From positions 1 through 20,680 of the forward strand of contig JBJCIZ010001181.1 in assembly GCA_051294375.1 (NCBI GenBank): a DNA stretch of 20,680 nucleotides. The letters run 5' to 3'. Positions 10,195-17,860 of the stretch are shown piece by piece (the first letter of the stretch is position 1; each line of letters opens with the position of its first letter). The notes under the pieces were generated by a model. It saw nothing but the letters and a program-made list of their open reading frames with translations. It ran no database searches and had not been told where the DNA came from. This DNA comes from Paraspadella gotoi (taxonomy: Eukaryota; Animalia; Chaetognatha). Both the position numbers and the translations under genes were made by a program.

Positions 10195-11277
10195 ATGAGC
10201 GACCCCGACTACCGTCAACGCCTCCGTTCATCTCAACGCGACGCCGACGAGCCACGGGCCGACGCCGCGACGCTCCAGATCCCTATTGGCTTCGGGAGAG
10301 GACGACGATCGAGATCGACGTCGCCTATATACGCCAACGCCGCCCAAGCGTTCAGCTTCCAACCCGCTGACGCTGAGAACTTCAACGACGCCGTCATGGC
10401 CACTGGCGGCGCCGCCGAAAGGGAATTAAGAAGCGAAAACGATGAACTTCGCGCCGCTTTGGCAGCGGCGACACGCGCGTTGGAGAGAGCGTCGAACCGA
10501 AAGCCTGATCTACCGGATTTCGACGCCGCCAACATCGAGATCTGGATTAGGCGCGTCGAAGCGGCCTACACCCGCGCGGGAATCGTCGCTCCAAAGAATA
10601 AGTTCGCTCACTTGGAGTCAAAAATAAGCGTGAACGTCGACCCTACAATCAATCAGTTTTTATTTGGCGACACGACGGAGGAAACCTGGCGCCAGTTCCT
10701 CCAATACCTAAGGAAGGAGTATGGGATCTCGAGACGTCAACAAGCTACAAATCTACTCGACAGCCTCGACGTCGACGGTATGAAACCGTCGAAGATGCTG
10801 GCGAAGCTCGAGGAGAGGACAAGAACTCTCACCCTGGACGATGTACGGAAAGAGAAAATTCTCCGCGAGTTACCCGTCGACATACGCCGACAATTAGAGG
10901 ACAAAGCTGAGGATTTATCCGCGCATGACTTGTGTCAACTCGCGGACTGTCATTTCGACAACGAGGGAAATCCCAAAATCCGCCAGGTAGCCTCGTTAGT
11001 CAACAATGTTGAAAAAGAACAGCGCTATCGCCAACAATCAGAATCGGAGGACGACGACGACGCCGTCAACGCCGTAGGCAATTTCCAAAAGAAAAACGCC
11101 AACGGGAAAAAGCGCCAACATCAGGCCAAAGCAAAACCAAAAGGGAAGCTGCTTACCCTCTGCACCAAGCACGTCAAGTTCGGCGACGACGCCTGGTCGT
11201 GCGAACCTGGCTGCGCTAAGTATGACGAATCTCAGAAGCGCCGCGAGGGAAACGGAAAAGGGGGGCGCCGGCGGTGA
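10195..11277 (+). CDS. gag: Gag polyprotein with C-terminal CHCC zinc finger
   Basis: 360-aa ORF between the PBS and pol. It has an LPDFDAANIEIWIRRVEA capsid-like start and CTKHVKFGDDAWSCEPGC = C-x2-H-x9-C-x3-C at 11161-11214. Confidence 0.92.
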   Translation: MSDPDYRQRLRSSQRDADEPRADAATLQIPIGFGRGRRSRSTSPIYANAAQAFSFQPADAENFNDAVMATGGAAERELRSENDELRAALAAATRALERASNRKPDLPDFDAANIEIWIRRVEAAYTRAGIVAPKNKFAHLESKISVNVDPTINQFLFGDTTEETWRQFLQYLRKEYGISRRQQATNLLDSLDVDGMKPSKMLAKLEERTRTLTLDDVRKEKILRELPVDIRRQLEDKAEDLSAHDLCQLADCHFDNEGNPKIRQVASLVNNVEKEQRYRQQSESEDDDDAVNAVGNFQKKNANGKKRQHQAKAKPKGKLLTLCTKHVKFGDDAWSCEPGCAKYDESQKRREGNGKGGRRR

Positions 11278-11289
11278 ACGCCGTCTCCC
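11247..11289 (+). promoter_or_regulatory. Programmed -1 ribosomal frameshift signal (G_GGA_AAC + stem-loop)
   Basis: The heptamer GGGAAAC at 11247-11253 is correctly phased in gag. It is followed by a 6-nt spacer and a GGGGGG-cgc-CGGCG-gtgaa-CGCCG-TCTCCC hairpin. Pol is in the -1 frame and open from 11247. Confidence 0.85.
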
Positions 11290-14200
11290 AAGAATCATCC
11301 CGTTCACCAGCAAGTAACGATCTCCTATACATCAGGGACACGGAAAGTAGAGTCAAGTGGCTGGTGGACGGCGGGGCCCTCCTATCGATTATACCTCCCA
11401 CTCGCGAACAACGGCAAGGTGGCCCTAATCCTGAGATGAAACTTCAAGCGGCGAATGGATCGCCGATTAGCTGCTACGGCACCATTAACAAAGTCGTCAC
11501 CCTCGGGAAAAGGCGATTCGAGTACGAGTTTGTCGTCGCCGACGTCACGCAATATATACTCGGCGCTGACTTCCTCGCAGAAAACTTTCTCGCGCCCAAC
11601 CATCGAGACGGTTTGTTGATGGATCTCAGAGATTACTCGACAATAGCGGCGTCATCATCTCCAGGAGCCACCACGCATGTAAATTTCGTCGATCGTAAGG
11701 GCGAAAAATATTACAAACTCTTAGAATCGTTTCCTTCACTCTCAACGCCAACATTCGAACTCAAAGAGCCGCGGCATGGCGTCACCCACTCCATCCCAAC
11801 CGAGGGCCGACCCTGTCAGTCTCGGGCCCGTCGACTCGATCCGGAAAAATTGGCAGTGGCGAAAAAAGAATTGGAGAAAATGGTATCATTAGGAATCGCG
11901 AAAAGAGGAAAATCGGAATGGTCCTCGCCTCTCCACGTAGTGGCGAAGCCGGATGGCGGCTGGCGCTGCTGCGGAGACTATCGTCGACTCAATGCTCAAA
12001 CGATAGACGACCGCTATCCGGTCAAATTACTCACTGACTTCAACGCGCAGCTTGAAGGGAAAACTATCTTTTCGAAGATAGATTTACTCAAGGGGTATCA
12101 TCAGATACCAGTCAACCCCGATGATGTGAAAAAGACAGCAGTGATTACCCCGTTCGGACTTTATGTCTTTCCCCGTTGCCCGTTCGGGTTAAAGAACGCG
12201 GGACAAGACTTTCAACGTCTTATGGATCAAATACTCGGTGACATCCCTCACACGTTCGTATACCTCGATGACATTCTGGTCGCCTCAACAACGCCGGAGG
12301 AACATCTACAGGACCTCGAGCGCGTCTTTAAGGCATTAGACGCCAACGGTCTCGTAGTTAATACGAAAAAATGTCTCCTCGGCCAAGATTCCCTTGAATT
12401 CTTAGGCTTCCTCGTCGACAAGAACGGCGTGAGACCTCTCCCAGAGCGTGTACAAACCTTACGCGAAACCACGAAACCAACGTCGATCAAGGAACTCCAG
12501 CGGTTCCTTGGGATGATTAATTATTATCGACGCTTCATCCCGAAGGTTGCACACCGCTGCACCCCTTTGTACGAAGCCCTTAGTGGCAAACCAAAGGCTC
12601 TCAAGTGGACGGAGGATTGCGACCGAGCCTTCGATGCAATCAAGGAGGGATTGATCCAGGCAGCCTTACTCCATCATCCCCGAACTGGTGCACAACTTTG
12701 CATCACAACCGATGCATCCGATCACGCGGTAGGAGCTGTGTTAGAGCAACGAGGCCCCAAAGGCTGGGAGCCTTTGGCATTTTTTTCGGCGAAATTAGCC
12801 AAAAACCAGAGGCTCTGGCCCCCATTCGATCGCGAACTTTTCGGCGCCTTCCGCGCAGTTCGACACTTCCGTCACTGGATCGAAGGTCGCAACTTCACCA
12901 TTTATACGGATCACCAGAGCCTCATCCCAGCTCTCAAAAAGAAATCGGAGGCTCAAACCGCCCGCCAAGCTTACCAGTTATCCGTGATAGCTGAATATAC
13001 AACAGACATCCGTTACCTAAAGGGTAAAGCTAATGTCGTCGCGGATGCTCTGTCCCGCCCAAACGCCTTGGCAACAGCTGCAACACCCACTCAGCCGCCA
13101 GACCAAAATCAAACCGATCCCAAACCCTCGACGATTAACTCGACCACACCCGCCCAAGTCCTCGAGCCACTTGCTGAAAATGCGGTGAAGTCGATTAAAG
13201 CCAATCGTCTAGAGGATGTCCAAGCTGTTATAGCTTCTCTCACGACTTTTGAAATTGATTTTGAGCAGATGGCGCGCGAGCAGAGCCTCGATCCTGATTT
13301 CGAAAAAATCGCCGAGGACTCGAGATCAGGCCTAACGTTTAGGAAAATTCAAGTCGGAAATGAACAGCTACTGGCGGATATTTCCAATGGCCCAGCTAGG
13401 CCATTCGTTCCTGCATCTTGGCGACGCAAGATCTTTGACGTCATTCATGGCCTCGGCCATCCGGGGGTAGACGCAACAAGGAAAGCTGTAGCCGCCAAAT
13501 TCGTTTGGACTAATATGAAGCAGGACGTTACAAAATGGGCCAGAGAATGTGTTAATTGTCAAAAAGCGAAGGTAACAAGGCATGTTATACCCGAAATCGG
13601 GGAATTTAAAATTCCACCGAGAAGATTTCAACATGTAAACCTTGATCTCGTGAAAATGCCTAGCTCAAATGGATATAAACACCTTCTAACAGTCGTCGAT
13701 CGGTTTTCTCGCTGGCCGGCAGCAATCCCGTTAAAAGATACTCTAACGTCGACAATACTTGACGCACTTAGCCACGATTGGATCAGTATCTTTGGAACCC
13801 CAGCAGTGATAACAACCGATCGTGGAACGCAGTTCAACTCAGCCCTGTGGAAGCAGCTTATACGAGAATGGGGAATAAAACACCAGATGACCACGGCCTA
13901 TCATCCCCAGGCCAATGGCCTGGTTGAACGCTTCCACAGGCGCCTAAAAGAATCACTGATGGCGTTGGCCCAAGAGGAAAAAGAAAACTGGTACTGGAAG
14001 TTACCCCTGACACTCCTCGCGATCAGAACGACGATTAAGGAGGACATAGGAGCGTCAGCCGCCGATTTAGTTTTCGGCGAGGGTATCAGTGTCCCCGGTA
14101 GCATCCTGGGCGATAATCAGATCGACGACCAAAATCTTCGGCGCCAGCGCCAGAACCAACTGTCGAGCTTACGCGTCGAAATTGCACGTCTCCAACCGAC

Positions 14201-15101
14201 AGCAACTTCCGCTCATCACCAGCCGAAAGTCCACCTACCGGCCAACCTAGAATCGGCTAACTACGTTTTCGTGCGACGTGGAGGCGTGCACCCTTCACTC
14301 GTCCCGCCTTACGAAGGCCCGTATCGCGTTATTGACAGAAACGGCGTAAATATGACGATCGATATTCCCAGCACCGGTCAAAAAGTTGTAAACATTGCCA
14401 GAGTGAAACCTGCTTGGATCAGCGAGGACTTATCGGAGGCCAACGAGTCACAGACAGGCCCACGACGACGCCCCGGCCGCCAGCCGGACCTAATAACGAG
14501 AACACCGGCGTCAACGAGATCAGCAGCTCAACGCGCGGCCTCGTCTCCTCCTCCTCCTCCTTCACAGACACGCCCACGACGACGTCCAGGCCGCCAGCCG
14601 GGCCTAAGAAAGAAATCACCGGCACCAACGACAAGGATAACGAGATCGGCGGCTCGACGCGCGGCCATGTCTCTTCCTCCTCCTCCTCCTCCTCCTCCTC
14701 TTCCTCCTCCTCCTTCCCCCCCCCTTCCCCAACACCCCCTCCCTTCCCCCAACTTACCTTCAACACCTTTATGTTTTTTCCTCCCATCTTCCCTTTCCCC
14801 CGGCCTTCTCCGATCGCCTTCTCAAATCTCAGAAAAAAAGAACAACAACAACAAAGCGAAGGAAATCGAGCCAACGTGGAGATTTTCAAAGCCGGAAAAC
14901 TTCTCGAACAAATTCGTTCGACAGGCCGAACCCAAACAAAACAAAAACGAGAACAATATAAACAACATCGAGAACAGCAACAACAACGACAACAAACGGC
15001 CAACTTACTCACTCGTACTAAAAGAAATGCTTCGGCGACAACAAAACGACAACAACTCCCGCGCCGACAGTCAGAGCCAATCAAACAGTCTCACTCCATG
15101 A
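11247..15101 (+). CDS. pol: Pol polyprotein: aspartic protease, reverse transcriptase, RNase H, integrase (GPY/F) and low-complexity tail; expressed as a Gag-Pol fusion (ORF track start 11274 is a GTG)
   Basis: Motifs seen: PR LVDGGA...ILGADFL; RT WSSPL, DYRRLN, PFGLKNA, YLDD (12261); RH TDASD...DRELF...TDH...ADALSR; IN H-x3-H...CVNC, DLV, TTDRG, NGLVE, PPYEGPY. Confidence 0.97.
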   Translation, partial: GKRKRGAPAVNAVSQESSRSPASNDLLYIRDTESRVKWLVDGGALLSIIPPTREQRQGGPNPEMKLQAANGSPISCYGTINKVVTLGKRRFEYEFVVADVTQYILGADFLAENFLAPNHRDGLLMDLRDYSTIAASSSPGATTHVNFVDRKGEKYYKLLESFPSLSTPTFELKEPRHGVTHSIPTEGRPCQSRARRLDPEKLAVAKKELEKMVSLGIAKRGKSEWSSPLHVVAKPDGGWRCCGDYRRLNAQTIDDRYPVKLLTDFNAQLEGKTIFSKIDLLKGYHQIPVNPDDVKKTAVITPFGLYVFPRCPFGLKNAGQDFQRLMDQILGDIPHTFVYLDDILVASTTPEEHLQDLERVFKALDANGLVVNTKKCLLGQDSLEFLGFLVDKNGVRPLPERVQTLRETTKPTSIKELQRFLGMINYYRRFIPKVAHRCTPLYEALSGKPKALKWTEDCDRAFDAIKEGLIQAALLHHPRTGAQLCITTDASDHAVGAVLEQRGPKGWEPLAFFSAKLAKNQRLWPPFDRELFGAFRAVRHFRHWIEGRNFTIYTDHQSLIPALKKKSEAQTARQAYQLSVIAEYTTDIRYLKGKANVVADALSRPNALATAATPTQPPDQNQTDPKPSTINSTTPAQVLEPLAENAVKSIKANRLEDVQAVIASLTTFEIDFEQMAREQSLDPDFEKIAEDSRSGLTFRKIQVGNEQLLADISNGPARPFVPASWRRKIFDVIHGLGHPGVDATRKAVAAKFVWTNMKQDVTKWARECVNCQKAKVTRHVIPEIGEFKIPPRRFQHVNLDLVKMPSSNGYKHLLTVVDRFSRWPAAIPLKDTLTSTILDALSHDWISIFGTPAVITTDRGTQFNSALWKQLIREWGIKHQMTTAYHPQANGLVERFHRRLKESLMALAQEEKENWYWKLPLTLLAIRTTIKEDIGASAADLVFGEGISVPGSILGDNQIDDQNLRRQRQNQLSSLRVEIARLQPTATSAHHQPKVHLPANLESANYVFVRRGGVHPSLVPPYEGPYRVIDRNGVNMTIDIPSTGQKVVNIARVKPAWISEDLSEANESQTGPRRRPGRQPDLITRTPASTRSAAQRAASSPPPPPSQTRPRRRPGRQPGLRKKSPAPTTRITRSAARRAAMSLPPPPPPPPLPPPPSPPLPQHPLPSPNLPSTPLCFFLPSSLSPGLLRSPSQISEKKNNNNKAKEIEPTWRFSKPENFSNKFVRQAEPKQNKNENNINNIENSNNNDNKRPTYSLVLKEMLRRQQNDNNSRADSQSQSNSLTP
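14448..14755 (+). repeat. Duplicated ~115-125-bp coding unit plus (CCT)n tracts in the integrase tail
   Basis: SQT-x-PRRRPGRQP...TRSAAxRAA...PPPPP occurs twice at both DNA and protein level. Confidence 0.9.
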
Positions 15102-15338
15102 GCGACTTCGATTATCGACCATATTCTGTAAATAGCCTTATTTTTAATCTTTTATATTTTACGAATTTCAATTTTGTTGAATTTTATTAGTCAGTCTACT
15201 TTTGTTTTCGGTATTTTATTTGTTGATATATACTCGTATATATTACTCATTATATTTATTTCATACATTCAGTGGACGACAAGAAGTATCGAAATTATTT
15301 AATTATTATTATTATTTATTATGATTATATATTTCGAC

Positions 15339-15347
15339 AAGGGGGCG
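15339..15347 (+). promoter_or_regulatory. Polypurine tract (short)
   Basis: AAGGGGGCG immediately precedes the TG of the 3' LTR. Confidence 0.7.
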
Positions 15348-15912
15348 TGCGGCCACTTCAAGCAGTCAAAACCACAATAGGAAAAAACTATCTAATCCGG
15401 GAATCGAACCCGGGCCTGAAGAACTGAGAAGCCAAGCTCTAATGAACTCGGCCACTCAGACGGCCATGGAATCAAGGAACAAAAAGTCAATTTTAAAGTC
15501 TTAATCTAAATCAAAGACTTTTGTTTTTTGAATCAAATTTCATTTGTCCTCCCTGAAGATGACTCTATCAATTTGATTTTGTTTATTGACACTTAACTTT
15601 ATTAATGGATCTTTTGAAATGAATCAGACTGAATTTCACCTTTTGAATTGAATAAACTGATTATCAAATTACTCAACATGTTTTTAATTCAACTTCTCCT
15701 AATGTAAATACTACATTGATAAGTAGAGAAAAACTTGTGTCTCACAAAAAGTAAATTCTTCATTAACAAAGTCAATTCAAATCCAACGTTATACTTCCCT
15801 GCAATGAGACTGAGATAAACATCTGTCTAATCATCTTAGCCATCTAACGTCTGTCACGGTCATCAGTCACGCCGTGACAAGGTCACCGGCTTCCCGATTA
15901 ACCTTGGCCACA
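15348..15912 (+). repeat. 3' LTR (~565 bp)
   Basis: Starts TGCGGCCA and ends TGGCCACA (imperfect terminal inverted repeat). Direct repeat of 9439-10007. Confidence 0.93.
15382..15461 (-). ncRNA. tRNA-like (tRNA-Glu-derived) Pol III cassette within the LTR; probably not a functional tRNA
   Basis: The minus strand reads GTCTGAG-TGGCCGAGTTCATTAGAGC-TTGGCTTCTCAGTTCTTCAGGC-CCGGG-TTCGATT-CCCGG-ATTAGAT-A-G-TTTTTT. It has a 73-nt body, a 6/7 acceptor stem, an A-box-like TGGCCGAGT, a perfect T arm/B box and a T6 terminator. The anticodon stem does not pair. Confidence 0.75.
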
Positions 15913-15939
15913 TAATAATAAGAACGCAAATCACAGAAA

Positions 15940-16505
15940 GATAAATAAAAACAAAAGATAAAAACAAAAGATACTAATAAAAACAAAAGGACGCTAATAA
16001 AATACTAGAGACTAAGAGACGTTTTAAAAAATGAAAATGAGACGCTGTAACATTAACCAAATATACTAAAAACTATTCCATATAAACAAAATGAGACGTT
16101 AACAATTACAAAAAAAAACTTATATCACATTATTGGATGGCCTTAAACCACCAAAGCCATGTCCAAAGTCAGGGGCAGCTGCTTATTTATTTAAATGATG
16201 GATAATATTTATATTGGTGTGTACCAATTTCATATAAAATTGAAATGAGATGCATAACAAATACATACAAAAAAACTATATCCACGTATAAACAAATGAG
16301 ATGTAATAAATACATAAAAAATTTAATTATTCATGTAAGTGTTAAGAGTATAAAATAAATCCCTATTTATCACCCAATAATAGAAACACTATCACATAAA
16401 TGGCAAAGAGTAAAAAGTAGTCTTGTTCATCACCAACTAATAGAAAAAATAATATCACGCTACCACATAAAAATAAAGGCTAATAAAAACATAAAAAAAT
16501 ATAAA
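15940..16505. repeat. A-rich degenerate minisatellite region
   Basis: Recurrent ATAAAAACAAAAG (15944-15989), AAATGAGA(C/T)G, AAAAACTAT..CCA..TATAAACAAA and TCACC(C)AA..AATAGAAA units. Confidence 0.6.
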
Positions 16506-16632
16506 TATGTGGTCCACATCATACCCATTACAAGATACCCTCATTTGATTAAGTAAGTTTAATAACCAATTTTAACCCGTTTTAATTAAGTTTCCCCACG
16601 TCTATGGGTCCCATCCTTATTTATGTACCAAA

Positions 16633-16896
16633 TGTATGCGGTATATATCACACGCACTCACGTCCACCATCCTTCAGCCATACCATTGGCTCAGAGGGAA
16701 ACACACCCATCCCAAGTGTAGGTGTTCATTCCCACATCCTAACGATTCCCGTCTGGTTGGCAAAAGCGGACCGTCCTAGGGTACACGCGCCAGTAGAAAG
16801 GAGGCGTCACTGTAGGGTCGGAAGCCCCCAAAAGCCAACAGTGAGATCGCCCATCCCAATGGGCATCACAGGGCACCACCCGGCTTGTTGCCATAA
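16633..16896 (+). repeat. TRIM 5' terminal repeat
   Basis: Colinear with 17147-17413 (e.g. ATCCTTCAGCCA, TTGGCTCAGAGGG, AAAGCCAACAGTGAGAT, GGGCATCACAGG), with many 1-nt indels. Confidence 0.85.
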
Positions 16897-16897
16897 G

Positions 16898-16910
16898 TGG
16901 TGAGCCCTAC
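16898..16910 (+). promoter_or_regulatory. Putative PBS of TRIM, tRNA-Trp-like
   Basis: TGGTGAGCCCTAC matches 11/13 to TGGTGACCCCGAC and lies 1-2 nt after the repeat end. Confidence 0.6.
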
Positions 16911-16935
16911 TTATCGAAACACGCAAACCTTCTCA

Positions 16936-17042
16936 GGGTACGCGTACGACAAACGCCTATGCCCCCTGCCGACTCTTCGGGTACGCTACGACAAAACGCC
17001 TAGCCCCTTGGGGTACGCTTACGACAACGCCTATTTGCCCCC
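16936..17042 (+). repeat. Three ~30-bp repeats (GGGTACGCTACGACAAACGCCTATGCCCC consensus)
   Basis: Copies begin at 16936, 16979 and 17011. Confidence 0.9.
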
Positions 17043-17146
17043 ACAACTCGCGCTCTCTCCGTCTCTCATCATCCCACGTATGGTAACAGTCTTGTCAGAC
17101 ACCTCTCAGCTTGATGAACCTGAGTGATGTCTTTGGCCCGGGATCC

Positions 17147-17413
17147 TGTGGCGGTATATCACCACCGGCCTCACGTCCACATCCTTCAGCCAAATCCATT
17201 TGGCTCAGAGGGGGAACACACCATCCCAATTGTAGTTTGTTCCATCCACAGTCCTAACGACTTCCCTTGCGTTGGCCAAAGCGAGGAACCGTCCTGGATA
17301 TACGCGACCAGTGAAAGGAGGTCGTCACTGAGGGGTCGGAAGGCCCCCCAAAGCCAACAGTGAGATGCCCCATCCCAATGGGGCATCACAGGCAAGCCCG
17401 GGCTGTGCATACA
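17147..17413 (+). repeat. TRIM 3' terminal repeat
   Basis: Starts TGTGGCGGTATAT and ends GCATACA. Second copy of 16633-16896. Confidence 0.85.
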
Positions 17414-17790
17414 ATTTATATTCCCAATAGGATTCGTTTTTTAAACTTTCACAATCTGCCACTTAATTTTGGCAACCCATAATTTTTGTTCTTAAATCCT
17501 TCTCAAAATGAATAATAATTATTTTTCCAGTTTTTCAACCGCTGACTCAACATGCTGAATTCCTCTCTTGCTCTTCCATCTGTCAATATAACAGATCTTA
17601 AAGTTAACATCCGTAATTTATTAGATAGAGATTACACATGGAGTTACAGGTACAGTATTTTTATTATGACATATTTCGTCCATTTGAACAGATCATTCTT
17701 CAGGGGCCAAATGAGTAAAGTTAATAGACAGAGCAAAAAAAAGAAGAGAGAGAAGAGAGAGTGACCCAAAAATCCAGGGATTAATCCCTT

Positions 17791-17860
17791 CATTTGGTTA
17801 TCCATCGCATCAATCATTTGGCTTATCATCGCATCAATATTTAGTTAATCATCGCATCAA
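17791..17860. repeat. ~24-bp tandem repeat x3 (CATTTGGTTATCATCGCATCAAT)
   Basis: Copies at 17791, 17815 and 17839 share an invariant CATCGCATCAA. Confidence 0.85.

Larger units (their letters stand above)
9439..15912 (+). mobile_element. Full-length Ty3/Gypsy LTR retrotransposon, CsRn1-like lineage
   Basis: The order is LTR-PBS-gag-pol(PR-RT-RH-IN)-PPT-LTR. It has a CHCC Gag motif, a Trp-like PBS and TG...CA termini. No clean TSD (GCATA left, TAATA right). Confidence 0.95.
16633..17413 (+). mobile_element. TRIM-like non-autonomous LTR retroelement (~780 bp)
   Basis: Two ~265-bp direct repeats flank ~250 bp of non-coding DNA. The outer ends are TGTATGC...GCATACA. The PBS-like TGGTGAGCCCTAC directly follows the first repeat. 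PPT and TSD are not evident. Confidence 0.75.

Noticed and set aside
9972-15190. Overlapping or antisense ORFs in the Gypsy element, including 14414..15190 (+) and 14419..15084 (-), as an env-like or accessory gene
   Set aside because: These are shadow frames of GC-rich, repetitive coding DNA, with no signal peptide or fusion-protein features.
15389-15461. Functional tRNA-Glu gene
   Set aside because: The anticodon stem cannot pair and the D stem is weak, so it is called tRNA-like only.
16676-16720. 5S rRNA-derived segment in the TRIM repeat (GCCATACCA; reverse-strand ACTTGGGATGGGTG)
   Set aside because: The short matches fall on opposite strands and are not retained in the second repeat copy.
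16936-17042. CRISPR-like array
   Set aside because: Spacers are only ~2-13 nt, there are three units, the context is eukaryotic and there are no cas genes.
17260-17300. HDV-like ribozyme on the minus strand (TTCCTCGC loop-like motif)
   Set aside because: Flanking P3/P1 pairings could not be built and the motif is missing from the other repeat copy.
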